From positions 124,001 through 188,000 of the forward strand of contig JALMLS010000342.1 in NCBI GenBank assembly GCA_038496445.1: a DNA stretch of 64,000 nucleotides, given 5' to 3'. Of the stretch, positions 1 through 13,198 are shown piece by piece (position 1 is the stretch's first letter; each line of letters begins with the position of its first letter). The DNA comes from Trichosphaerium sp. ATCC 40318 (taxonomy: Eukaryota > Protista > Tubulinea). The translations under genes and the position numbers were made by a program. The notes below the pieces were generated by a model. The model saw nothing but the letters and a program-made list of their open reading frames with translations. It had not been told where the DNA came from and ran no database searches.

Positions 1-2115
1 TTACTCTCTAATTTTAGCGACCTGCACTCCATTTCAACTAAGAACGCCGCGAGGCTTATGTCTAGAATTCCAAGGTATACCATACGCATTTTTTTACGCT
101 AGCGGCTTTTTTACGAATCATCAAAACTCGCTAAGTAACTAAAGTATCCATCAAACTAATCAATTTCATCAGAGAAAACATGACAGGAATATCGCTAGCG
201 CACTGCGGTCACATCTCGAATAATATTTTCGATTTATTTTTGGACGATGAATCTGGTAGCCCTGCCACCTCAGGAATTCGCTACCTTAGTCTGTTGGGTT
301 GTTCTAGACTTGATGCCAATGCCATGGGATATTTAAGCAAAATGACAAGCCTCACGCACCTAAACGTTGCGCGTGCGAAATGGTTAAGGTAAGAAACACG
401 AGAAGCTTTAAATGTTTACGTTTGTTAATTTGTAGAGATGAGTATTGTCGTGGGTTTAGTAGCCTGACGAACTTGAAAACATTGGTGCTTGATCATTGCT
501 ACAAATTAACGCACAGAGGTTCAGGATAACAGGCTTGAGTGTTTATTTATTGTTTGTAGGCATTGCACATCTTATCTCTCTTACAAATCTAGAGGATCTA
601 TCTATGAAGGGTCTCGATAGACTAACCGATGTTGGTACGCCTTAACATATGTGTGGTTTCCCAAATATTCACATATCATAGCATTAATGCACATTGCTCG
701 ATTGGTCAAAATAACTAGTTTAAATCTTGAGGGTTGTGACAAAATTAGCGACACTGGTACGCTTTTGACAGGCTTTTTTCAGATTCTGTATTAAGTGGAT
801 TGTAGGCGTGAATCAGTTGTTAATGTTGACTGGCTTGTCTTATTTGAATGTGTCAGGAATCAAGCTGACCAATAACGGCTTAAAGAGGTGTATAGCTAAC
901 ATGCCTTCGCTTACATCTGTTCATTTAGCTTCTTTGAAAATATCTGGTAAGGACATAGTTTAAATTTGCTCTCGACTGACTCCTTGTAGGAGAAGGACTT
1001 TCGAGTCTTGTTACTCTACCTAGAATGCAAAGTCTCGACTGTTACGAATGCAGGAGACTGACAAATGACGTTCTAGAGCACATAGTGCTCATGCAGCGTC
1101 TGACGTACTTAGACTTGTCTGATTGCAAACAACTTGAAGATGAAGGAATTAGTAGATTAAAGGCACTAAACAAACTGCAGACGCTAAAACTCGCTGGGTA
1201 TAACTAATAAGTCTAATTCTGTTAATTAATCTAATTGTTAGATTACACCAGTGCACTGATAAATCACTTCCAGCTATTGTAGAGTTGGAAAACCTCACTG
1301 CCTTGGACTTGTCCATGTGGACAAAGATTACAGATAAGGGACTAGCTCATCTTCACAAGCTCTCAAACCTATTGACTCTTGAACTTCGGTACACATTTTT
1401 TTGGTGTTACTGTTTTATGTAATGTTTTTATTAGTGCTTGTGTATCTCTTGATGATCTTGCAGTAGAGCGTATAACGTCACTGACGCGCTTGACTGATCT
1501 TGATCTAAGTAAAGTACCTGAGATAACAGATGCCGCAATGGCACATATCACACATTTCACTAACTTGCGTTACTTGAAATTGTACTCGAATGGCATCACT
1601 GATTCCGGACTTAAAACGCTTGGAAAATTACCTTACATTGAAAAGCTTGACTTACGCGCTTGCTTTGAATTGACACCTCGAGGACTAAAACGCTTTATGA
1701 AGACAGTAGCATGGAAATCAATACAGAACTTGAAGATTGAGGTACTTACAATGGAAAAATTGGATCACATAGTTATACTTATTTCTCTTAGGGTTGTTGG
1801 AGAATTACCAATCCTGACGATTATGATTCAAGTTCAGAGGAGGAAGAGGACTTGGATGACTCACCACCAGTCACACCGAGAAAAGGACTGAGGAAATCAA
1901 TGCACAAGAAGCAGTATTCTGAGCTTGGCACTACGTACGTTTCACAAGACTTTAGACGGTTAGCTTACGTTTGCCTTAGACCAGAAGGAAAAGAAGGAAA
2001 AGAAGGAAAGAGTGGAAAATCAGGTAAGAAGAAAGGTGGAAAGAAGGACAAGCTTCGTAATTCGCAAGCAAGACAGACAAATGTGTCATCCGCAAAAAAG
2101 AAGGACAAGAACTAG
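1..2115 (+). CDS. Leucine-rich repeat protein (AMN1/FBXL-type cysteine-containing LRRs), 5' end outside the window, basic C-terminal tail
   Basis: Many exons encode LxxLxLxxCxxLTD repeats (e.g. LTYLDLSDCKQLEDEG, LTDLDLSKVPEITDAA). GT-AG introns of about 45-50 nt. Stop TAG at 2113-2115. Confidence 0.85.
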
Positions 2116-2380
2116 TTAACCTTTAGTTGACCCTTTTTGTAAAGCAAACAAGCTTAATAAGCAAGTATGAATTCATAAATGACTGTATAGCGTCATGTGG
2201 TATTAATTTATTGCGTTTTTTGTAAGTTGTAGAGCGCCTAGTGCATTTTCTTTTTTTCTGTACAAGGTTTTATGCAGATTGTTACCTTATATGTTTGTGG
2301 CTAAGTTATTCATTCTTTAAGAACCAAATTACTCGCCCACTGCACAAGTGTAGGCCTACAGTCGGTGTTGTGACATTGAA

Positions 2381-4596
2381 ATGCAAAGTGAAGATTATAC
2401 GATCAAAAAAACGCTAATACGCGTGTTGGAGTTCAATGCCGAAGGTACAAACATGACGCAGTGCCATCTAGCTCTCTCTGAATTCTTCCGTAGCTGAACT
2501 TCAAAGGCATGAGCTCAAAGCGCACTATATCGACACATACACGCGAAACAGTAAACGATACGCAACGCTAGCCGCATCAAATGGTATATTGTGCTCATAA
2601 TCTTGCTGTATTGACATTCATCCACAGACGCGACAAAAGAGCCTCTTGCGCTACTTGAGATCTTTTCAGTGAGCGTTATATCAATTCGAACATTCCAAAT
2701 AACAAAACAATGTTCACTTTTAATTAACATTTTTGCTAATTGTTCTCTCAGGCAAATGAAGCTATTGACTCTTTGTTGATGCATCTTTTATCAACTGTAC
2801 CATGTAAGAACATATCTCATATTGACATGAGTGGAAAACACTTATCTCTTGTTGCTGGCACGTGATTTTTTTGAAAGAACTTTTTTTCTATTTGCAAATT
2901 TAGATTTAGTTTCTTTCTGACCTAGTGGTTGTATTTAGATAATAAAACATCAAAACTCATAGAAAAGTTTATTGAAGCTAGAAAGATAAAAGACGATGCA
3001 AGTTGTAAAGACGATTTAGTTACAAGTAAGTCAATAACAACAAATTAATTCGGTAGCTTGTCCTTAACCACAAATGCAGATTGGATACAGCAACAGTGGT
3101 GGTATAAAAAGAAAGATAAACTTCTCTCTATTGCTGAAAAGAAGTCACCACTTTACGTTAATGATATAGAGTTTATTCAGAAGAACGCTAAGAGACTTAC
3201 AAGCCTAAAAAATGTAGATAGAGTATTTTTTGCTATGAAGGTAAACCAATAATTTTTTGTACACATATTGTAGGCCAACTCTTTCGCTCACATTTTGACA
3301 ACAGGCAAACTCTACACCAAAGATTCTAAGCGCATTGAAAGACTTGGGAGTTAATTTTGAATGTGTCAGTATCGGTGAATTAAAACGGGTTAAAGAGTGC
3401 TTCCCTGACCTTGATTTTGGTACAAAGAAAACTCAAGGTGGACAAAGAAAAAACTAACTGAACTCATAGGAAACAGAGTCCTATTTACTCCAAATTTTGC
3501 ACCTCGTGATGAATACTCACAAGCATTCAAGATGGGTGCAATTGTAAATCTAGATAATATCTACCCCCTCAAGCACTGGCCGGAAGTATTCCGGTACGTG
3601 ATGTGTCCTCAAAAAGCATTCTTTCTTATCTCCCAAAAAAAATAGTGGACATAATGTCATGCTTCGTGTTGATTGTAATATATCAAAAGGTCACCATAAA
3701 CACGTGCAGACTGGAGGTAAAAAGGTAAACAGGTTTTAAAAGCATTGGTGTATACGCTAACAATTGAGTAGTCCAAGTTTGGTATTCCAATGGCACAGCT
3801 TCCAGAAGTGAAATCTCTAGCTGATGAACATAATGTAAAGATAATTGGGTTACACTCTCATGTCGGTAGTGGAATTTTAAGTCCAGGAAACTGGTCACAA
3901 GTTGCAACTGCGTTGTTTTCTTTCATGAAACTTATGCCTGATGTCAAAGTAAGTGTTTAATGGGTCGATGGCAGTGTCTAATGTAGTATTAGTGGATTAA
4001 TCTTGGTGGCGGATTAGGTGTTGTAGAACATCCTGGACGTCAAACACCACTTGATATATCTGCCGTAGATCAAGCTTTGGCAGAATTTAAATCAATGATC
4101 CCAAATGTTGAGATTTGGCTTGAGCCAGGTGCGCTCTTGACCCGATTGATCACCTTCAGTTTTTTTTTCTCGTTTCTCACATTTTTGTGTCAACTAGGTC
4201 GTTTTTTCGTAGCAGAGGGTTGCGTTGTGTTGACACGTGTAACACAAATCAAGCACAAAGGTGAATCAAGCTGTTATATTGGAGTTGATACTGGTTTTAA
4301 TACACTTGTGAGGCCTATCATGTATAGTGCATATCATCACATTGTCAATCTGTCAGCTATTGACAAACCTAATTCCCAAAAAGCAGATATAGTAGGACCA
4401 ATATGCGAGGTAGGCTGTTTGTTTGATAGATGTTGAGTATTTTTTTTAGTCTGGTGATGTTTTTGGCCATGGAAGAGACTTTCCTGATAGTAAAGAAGGT
4501 GATATTATCCTTATAGCAACAGCTGGTGCTTATGGCACTTCAATGAGTAGTAACTATAACTTACGAGAACCAGCAGAAAACTACTTTATCGAATAA
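2381..4596 (+). CDS. lysA: Diaminopimelate decarboxylase (fold-type III PLP enzyme) with short N-terminal ACT-like segment
   Basis: Spliced motifs FFAMKAN (PLP lysine), FECVSIGE, VLFTPNFAPRDEY, HHKHVQTGGKKSKFG, LHSHVGSG, NLGGGLG, LEPGRFFVAE, IVGPICESGD, GAYGTSMSSNYN. Stop TAA at 4594-4596. Confidence 0.9.
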
Positions 4597-4758
4597 TTAT
4601 AGCAAAAGGAAATAAAACAATTTTTTTTCTTGGATACCCCGCCTCTTGATTCATTGCATCGGTTTCCATCGCTAATACAATGTGAACCTAACTATCCAGT
4701 ATCTTTACAAACTTAACAAGGTGTAACTAAAATCGTTTATTTATTGAACAACTCGTAA

Positions 4759-7700
4759 TCAAGAAGATTTACTTGACTCATCTGAGTCTTCAGAGCCATC
4801 AAGGGCTCCAACACCATGTTGTGCAAGAGCTTCTTCAAGCTCTTTTATACGTGCTTCATAATCAACAACCTTTTTCTTTAGTGTGGTGTGTTCATTGTAA
4901 AGTTTATCATAATCTGCCTTTGGGACAGTGCTCGACTTATGCCTAATGATCAACTCTCTTTGGTCGTCACCTGCATTAGAACCCTAATAGAGAGTATTAA
5001 CAAGAAGGCTATGTGACTAAAAACGTACTGCTTCGCGAATAATCATTCCTGGTAGCAATTCAGAGGCGTACATGACCTTTTCTTGGTTGGCACTGATAGG
5101 CACTCCGTTGAATAGCATTTCAAAGTCATCAGGCGCATCTAGTGCTTCAATAATCATGTATCTAACTTCCTCTACTGTTGTATACTCTTCAATATGCACA
5201 AAACCGATTACATTGGACGCAACGTCCTTTGACACATTCAATTGTTCCTTGCCTGTTTGGAATTCTAAAATAAAAAAACACGTGTAAGCTTCGAGTTTTA
5301 CTTCGCTAAGTAGGGTCTGTACCTGCTGTGTTGGCAGCTCTGTTACCATGTGTTATATGTAAAAATACCTCTTCTAATGCTATTATAGTGTTAGATACAA
5401 CTACTACTAGTGTAAAAAGATGCGCGTACTTGTTTGCGATAAACCCCAATCCCTGATTAGAATTTCATCACCACGTTGTTTTTTTGTTGCTTGCTCTTCA
5501 GCAAATTTTAAAAAGGCAGCCATTTGTGCTGTTTTTACGCTATCGAGTACATAGGATAAGTTTCCAACAGTTTCAGCCTCAAGTGTAATCTCTGGAAAAA
5601 GAGTCAATACAACTTAGTGAATGGTGGGGTTTCTTGTCCACGTGCCTGGAAATATTGATGATACTTTGTCTTTTACTTCTCTCACCTTTGTTACATCTGC
5701 TACTAACTCAACATGGTATCCAGCACCATAACGCTTCTTCAGATGCTGCGAATGTCCCACAGCTCTAAACAAGTACATGAATACTTTGACCCAACAACTG
5801 GTAAGACTATTACCTAAGGCGGCCTAATGCTAGAATGGCAATTTTATCCGCTAGAGCATCAGCTTCTGCCATTGAATGCGTAGTCAGTACTACTAATTTT
5901 TCTTCCTTCAGCTTCTCTATTACTTTCCACATTTTTTGTCTATTACTAAAACAAAATGTCATAAAACAAGCTTCGAACCTTAACAAAAGTAAACGCACGC
6001 TGGATCCAATCCCGTAGTTGGTTCGTCAAGGAAAAGAACTTGTGGATCACCAATAGCAGCCATAGATACTGACAAACGGCGCTTCATACCTCCACTGTAC
6101 GTGGCGGCACGCCTGTCCGCTGCCTTTTAATAAAAAGTTAATAGAATTCAAAAAAGGATAGTACGCTTACAAAGGTTAGTTCGACTTTAGTTAGCATTTC
6201 AGCAATGGCCTTCTCTCTCTCTTTGCGAGGAACTCGTTTAAGGGCGGCCATTAACCGCAAATGTTCACGGCCAGTAAGTTGAGGCCAGATAATATCGTGC
6301 TAATATTCTTTTGTTATAAACTCAAAAGCAAACAAGGTGTCAGTACTGCAAACGTACTTGTGGGCAAACTCCAATAATTTTTCGGATTGAATCCAGTTGT
6401 GTGACGATAGATCTTCCACAAATGAATGCTTCACCGTAAGACGGAGGTGTCATACCAGTGAGTATCTGTAGAGAAATGTAAACAAAAAAAACCGCCTTGC
6501 TCATTTCCGTTGACTTACATTTACAGTTGTTGTTTTGCCTATCTTGTGTTAGTCTTGGCATTTTTATGCGTTGGTATTAATGTACCTGCACCATTGTGTC
6601 CTAGAAGAGCGAAGCAGCTTCCTGAATTAGCACTTAAAGTGACAAAATCGAGAGCTCTGCAATCTTGACTATTGCCAACACTTTTTTTCTTTTTGAACGT
6701 TTTAGACAATTTTATAAGACGCAAAAATGTATCAGGATCATTCATTTGTTGAGCACGCATAGTACGTTGTACTTCCTTCTGAATATCACTATCCAAAGAT
6801 TCAACAACCTATCAAAAGTCACAAACAACAACAGAATAGAAGTTGACTCACATCACCAAGTTTGTCCGCATCAAACAATCCTGTCTCAACTGTTGCATCA
6901 GGTTCACCGCATCCCCAAAACTTTTTGGTATAATGTGATAAGTAAAAGAAATTTAGGTAGTATCACATACTGTAGGTCCCATGCAGAAACAACAAGACTT
7001 TGGTGTGCCAATAGAACCAGGCCAAATACCATCAAAATACCAAGCAAATAAGTATGCGAGGACAACATTAAGAAGCATGAACGCAAGCGAGTCTGATGCA
7101 TTAAGTGGAATTGATTTAGCATCGTCCGGAGAAAGGTATTTGGTAGCATTATAAAAGTCTCCCCAGGAGTATCCTATAAGCAGTTTAAAAAAAACCATAA
7201 AACATTTCAGAAAAAAAAAAAGGACTTAAAGCGTACTGAGTTTGGATGTTGCATTAACTGGGAGTTGCGAGTTTAGATCAATGGTTACAAAGGATATATC
7301 ATGAATAATACGTCCCATATGACAAGGAAAGCACATAGCGAATGCTACTCTATTAAAGCTAGCGTTCCAAAAGAAAGACCAAGTCACTTCAAGACTTGCA
7401 ATATTTATAAATATAGCGCCAAGTATAAACATAAAAACCAAAAGAACAGCTAAAAATATGAACTTAGATACCATAGCACGTGATAATACCAAAATTAAAA
7501 CGTACTATTTCCTATCTGGTTATGAATCCAAGAACCCCAAAACATTGCTAACGTAATGATACAGAGTGAGGACACCCATAGGTAGAGAATAATTATTCCA
7601 AAATCAGTCAGTCTGAAGAAATCCAGACCTGAGGATTTTAGTTTAGCACTAATCACTCTAAAATAATGGTAAACACGTACCCACGATCATACCAACAATA

Positions 7701-8918
7701 TATATAACTATAGAGCTAAATAGACCATATATAGCATGTGTAATGAAGACAGAAAGCCAGTATGGTCCAGACTAAAACAAGAATAATGAGAACTTGTAAA
7801 AACAATAATTTAGTTAAAGCCGTACTTGCAACCCCATGGATTGGAGTCCTGCTCTTAATTTATATCTTCTGTCGTAGTTCAATGTTCCTGTCAATGCTAC
7901 GGCGCACTCAAAAAGTACAATCCAAACAAATGCTGGCATCAGAAAAGAAAATCCTATTTAAAAGTCTAAATCCGTTGTGGTGTCATTATTGGTACTTACG
8001 TGAGTTCGAATTGAACCCCGAGACAACAGGGAAAGGTTTATGTTTTGTAGAGATTTTGATAGGTATCGTATCATTTGCTGCTGTGTATCGTACTCAAAAC
8101 TGTTAAGGTATAAAACTTGGAGGAAAAACAAACTCAAATAAAAATGTGTTGGGCAAGATACTAATCGCTGTTTCTACCGCTTGTTGTACTTCGTAGAATA
8201 CGTTGAGATTATCTAAACTCTTTGCAACGAACCCATCAGATACAGGACCTGCTCAAATATCAAAAAAATATCAAAAAAATTATCAAAAGACTGAGAGGGG
8301 CATACCATTCCCAATAATTTGGTAAGGTATAACAGGATCGACGTATTGTCCGTATTCAGGAGGCTGACTATCAAAAGCAATACCTGGTATGTGTTATTAC
8401 TTTATTGTAGTTAGTTTTACGCAATGTACCAACTTGTGTCTTGTTGTAATGTGTGATATTACGCATGTAAGCTAGCGTTTCAGCTTGTGAGGGCATACCC
8501 ACAACGTCTTTTCTAGACCACGTAGGATGCAACTCGAGAATAATGTCTATTATGGCTTCTGTCTCTGCATTACCCTGTGGGGAGTACATGAGTGATACGC
8601 ATGATCCAGAGGGCTATGTAAAAGTTAGAACATGTCAAGGTAACTGATCTTGACATACGCCTGGAGTACACTTCGGAATGAGTCCTATTGGTATCTCTTG
8701 GGGGTTGGTGTTGCTGAATTGGTAAACGAAGAGCCAAAAAGCGACTGTTAACGCAGCTGCCCAGCCCAAACGCACTAATAGTAACGCCCAGTGCCTGTAC
8801 TACAAAAAAAATAAGCGAGAGGGTCCTCATACAAAACGTAGCAAGTACGTACGCCTAGTTTAACGTTTTTCGCTAGGAGCAGCCATAACTGGGTGCCAAA
8901 TGTTTTCAAACCCTCCAT
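4759..8918 (-). CDS. ABCA-family half transporter (TMD-NBD) with extended C-terminus (beta-grasp-like domain plus coiled coil)
   Basis: Start [20 protein letters not shown]. Walker A GHNGAG, signature [11 protein letters not shown], Walker [29 protein letters not shown]. Splicing continues in frame through ORFs 5017..5349 and 4759..4953. Confidence 0.9.
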
Positions 8919-9278
8919 TATGGGTCTCACTTGTGTTGTACGCTAGGTTCGAGTGTCTGTTTTGGTTCCCAAAGTTTCACTAAGTTATTCCCCAATATTT
9001 GGCAGTTTAAAACGGCATTTGACTAAAACTGTAGTATCAACGAAGTAGATGTCACAGCCTATTTTTTGTAAACTGGCACGTTTTTGACAAGTATACGCAC
9101 TTAACCAGCGATCATTTTTGAAATCGCAATAGAGAGTGGTACTGTGAATCCCTAGCTTTGTTGCGAATTTTACAAGTAGGTTGCGTGGCATTTAGCGGTT
9201 CATTGAAGTTTCGTCACCAGAAATAATATTTTACACTTTTGACGCAACACATACGCCTCGGACAAGTAAATAATCGAA

Positions 9279-10620
9279 ATGGAGGAGGAGAACTTTTTTT
9301 TTGATACAATGGACGTTGAGTCGTTTGGAGTTGGGCCAGACAAGCCATACAAACCGCGCAAGCAAAAGAGACGCAAACCTGCGTTGCCTAAAGTACAACG
9401 GACAGAAGAAGAGTGGGCAACCATCTTTGAACGATACCCAACAACAGAAGATGGTTATGTTCAGTCTTTTGCGCCAGAAGAACCAGAAAAATACTTGCCA
9501 TGCCTGAAAAAATACGGTATTGTCGTTATTCGCGTTCTAAACGCGCAGGAGTGCCTAGATTCGCAAACTGCGCTTTTTGAAGATGCAAATAGTTCAGCCC
9601 CACGTCAACACGTTAAATTAGATCAACACGATCCTAACACATGGGAGCCGGAGAATTGGCCATCTAGGCGTAAATTCTTACTGTCTAGGCTTGCTCTACA
9701 CCCAATAGCATTCCGGAATAGGTTCCATCCTAACGTTTATCGTGTGTTTTGTAACATCTATAAAAGACAGGATCTGTGGACTTCAATAGGTATGTCAATG
9801 CTTGAACCAAAGCTTCCATGACACGTGATTGTGCTTATGTTGCTCAGATAATTGGGGCGTAATGAGGGGCACCAAGAACTTGAAATTTAAAGATCCAGAT
9901 ACTGGTGAAATTGTAACAAAAGATAGAGATGAGTGGCGTTATAATTTGAAGTTACATTGGGACTTAAACCCTTGGAAGTACGTCATGTTTACATATTTCC
10001 TTTGTTTGATATGTGCGATTAACCTTTGTAAGGTACTATACAGAGACAACTACTGGTGGTCATATGGAGCAATACCAAGCTATTATTGCTATTGCAGACT
10101 GTCCTGAGGAAGTTGGCGGTCATTTAACAGTACCTGGTATGACATTTGAGTAAACGTTAGGTTACTTATACCTGGTATTAGGATCCACAAGATTTCTACG
10201 CCAGTGGTGTGCAGAAAACAGGAAACCTCACAACAAGACAATTTTAATTCGCGTTCCAGACGGTGATAAAATGCTAGAATATACACAACGCGTACGTACA
10301 CTACTATCATATGTGTGCACGTAGTAGCCTACAAGCACAAGGTTACCAAAGTTAATGAAGGATTTTTGTAGATTCCTCTTAGAGCTGGAGAAATGGTAAT
10401 ATGGAATTCAGGTCAAGCACATGCCAATTTCCCTAATATGAGCGATAAGTTGCGATTGACACAGTTTGTACGTATGATGCCAGCTCTCCAACAAAGTCAA
10501 GATAGAGATCGATTTGCACCTAAAAGAGTAATGCGCGGTAAGTTGTATGAAGACGTTGATTTGTCAGAGTACAACTTTGATGAATTTGGTCAAAAGTTAG
10601 TTGGCTTGAAGGAATGGTGA
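9279..10620 (+). CDS. Phytanoyl-CoA dioxygenase-like Fe(II)/2OG oxygenase (PhyH family)
   Basis: YGIVVI, LHWDLNPW (HxD), YQAIIAIADCPEEVGGHLTVPG, PLRAGEMVIWNSGQAHANFPN..RLTQF. Confidence 0.8.
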
Positions 10621-10821
10621 CGAGATTCTTCACTGATCTCACACCCTACGACACTAAACCTTGTAAAAATAAATACTTGACTTGTAGTTTGAGTTTGTTT
10701 ATAATGTTATGTTTGATAACGACGGATAGACATAATTTCAGTTCACTTATTTTTTCATGAATTGAATGTTGTTGAACTAAGTTAGGTATTTTTTTTGATC
10801 ATTTATTGATGTTGACATTAA

Positions 10822-13057
10822 ATGTGGCGCCGCGTTGACGTACAAGTATGTTTTTTTTAAGATGTAGCGTTCAAAGCTGGTTTTTAACAACAGTTGAAGG
10901 CTCCTTTGCCATCTCGACGTAATTGTCACTCTTCAACCTTCGTTGGGCGTAATTTTGTTCTATTTGGAGGTTTAGGTGAAGAAGAAAGGGCAAAATTCAA
11001 TGACTTGTGGGTATTGGATGTAGAAAGTGCGTGTATACAATTAAACATCACCTAAAACAGCGAAGGCAAAGTCCCGCATTGGGAAACAGTCCAAGTTGTA
11101 GGAGATGTACCTTCAAGGCGATATTGCAGTACATTAAGCACATTTGAAGACCAAGTGATACTTTTTGGAGGATTTGATGGTGATCGTATCAACCAAGTTC
11201 ACGTTTTCGATTTTGGCACGTGAAAAAAGAGCCACTGGCTTTCATTACAAGACATAAAAATAATACAAGTATTAGAGTCAGCTCGTTGGAGGTTTTGCGC
11301 AACAAGTGGGGAAATACCCGAAAAAAGAAGTCACCACACAGCATCTCTTGTTGGGAACAGGTAACCAACCTGGTTTAAAAAAGTGTTGTTTTTTAGATTA
11401 CTTACTTGTGTTTGGTTTTGTTTTAGGTTCATTGTATTTGGAGGACACTCTGCTGAAGGTAGACGGTTGAATGACTTGCATGTTTTAAACTTGAGCACAA
11501 TGACATGGTCACAACCACGATGTAAAGGAGAGGTAACCATATTTTTTTCATCACCATGTGGGAATATACACCTAAGTAAATTTAGGGACCTTCACCACGT
11601 CTTGGACATATTTCAGCTGTTCTAAATGATAATGTACTTGTTGTGTTTGGTGGATACGGTGGCCCTGATGGTCATGAAAAATTTAACGACCTGTATCTTC
11701 TACATTTTGGTAAGCTTCGTGGTTATTTACTACGAGTACTCACTACTGGTTTTTAGAAGACTTGTCGTGGACAAAGCCTATAATAACTGGAAATCCTCCC
11801 AAGTGTGTATATGCTCATTGCGCTGCAGCTGTAGATGATAAGCTTATTGTGTTTGGTGGTGACGATGGTATTACACAAAAGAGACTGAGTGACAGCGTCT
11901 TTATTTTCGATATGGGTACTTTAGCCATCTTTTGAGCTGGTTAACACATGTTAGCCAAAATGCGTTGGACGAAGGTAAGAGTGACAGGCGATGTTCCTCC
12001 TTCGCGTTCACACTTCTCATGTGGAGTACACAATGGCAAAATGTTTGTATTTGGAGGAAGTGCATCACAGATAAACACAAAGCACAACGACATGTACTAT
12101 TTGGACTTGAGTATGTTTATTTTTTTTTGGTTTTCTTGAACACGTGATTCTTCACTCCATTTTTTGTGTTGGTTCTCATAGTTTGTTTTCTAGACTCTAT
12201 TGATGCTCTTAAAATTGTTTCTTTCAAAGAAGCACAGTGTTATATTGAGGAGACTATGGCGAGTATCGACACAGAAATGAAGTCATTTCAAACAGATTCA
12301 AAAAGTAAGCGATTGAGTATGTTCTTATTTTTGGTTTTTGTATCACTTCGAGAACAAACTGTGACTTACCAAAATTAGCCAAGAGAAAACTTTATGCGAG
12401 TAAGACTGCACCTATAGTAGGACGTGTAGATTCTGCGATGGAAAAGATGAAACAACAACTATTAAAGCTACTTGAAGAGAAAGAAACCTTTCTACAATAT
12501 AAAGAAGAACAAGAAAATATTTTACATCAAGAGAGAGAGAAACTACGTAAAGAATCAGCAATTGTTACATCTGTAGTAAAAACACAATCAGGTACAACAC
12601 ATACTTTGGACAAAATACAAAGTTGATTTCTTTTCAAAAAGGTCAAGTCAAGCTTAATGTTGGAGGGCACTTGTTCGGTACCTCACTTGGTACATTGACT
12701 AAGGACTCCAACTCAATGTTGGGCGCGATGTTTTCTGGTCGCTATAAGCTTAAACCAGACGCTGATGGGTCCTATTTCATAGGTACATTGACTTACGGCA
12801 GTTTTTCTAAAAAGAAAATAGTTGACAAAATAATTTTAGATCGTGATGGAACACATTTTAGATATATTCTTAATTACCTCAGAGACAGTGTCGTTTATCT
12901 TCCTCCAAATAAAACTGTACATCTTGAAGTACTAAATGAAGCTCAATACTACCAGGTAGAGAGATACCACATGATGAAACACACGTTGACCTTTCTTATT
13001 ATTTAGATAAAAGGTCTTCAAGAATTTTTAAAGATTGCTCTCAAAGACCTCGATTAA
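10822..13057 (+). CDS. Kelch-repeat beta-propeller + coiled coil + KCTD-type BTB/POZ domain protein
   Basis: About six Kelch repeats (RNCHS..FVLFGG, RSHHTAS..FIVFGG, RSHFSC..MFVFGG). C-terminal VKLNVGGHLFGTSLGTL..SMLGAMFSG..YFIDRDGTHFRYILNYLR. Confidence 0.9.
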
Positions 13058-13198
13058 GTACCACTGAAAAAGAAATCAAACCTTGAGGAGCAAGCAAGTG
13101 TAAACAATGATATTAGTGTCACACCAAAAGAAAGGTGGCCAGTAAATTTAATGTACAAAGTTGGTCTGTTTAATTCACTTAAAGAAACAAAAGCTCTT

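Noticed and set aside
1984-2010. 9-bp tandem repeat GAAGGAAAA
   Set aside because: Encodes low-complexity EGK repeats in a protein tail; not a CRISPR array or satellite.
5017-5349. Separate small gene as suggested by the ORF track
   Set aside because: Splices in frame to the ABCA gene; its ATG is out of frame within an ABCA exon.
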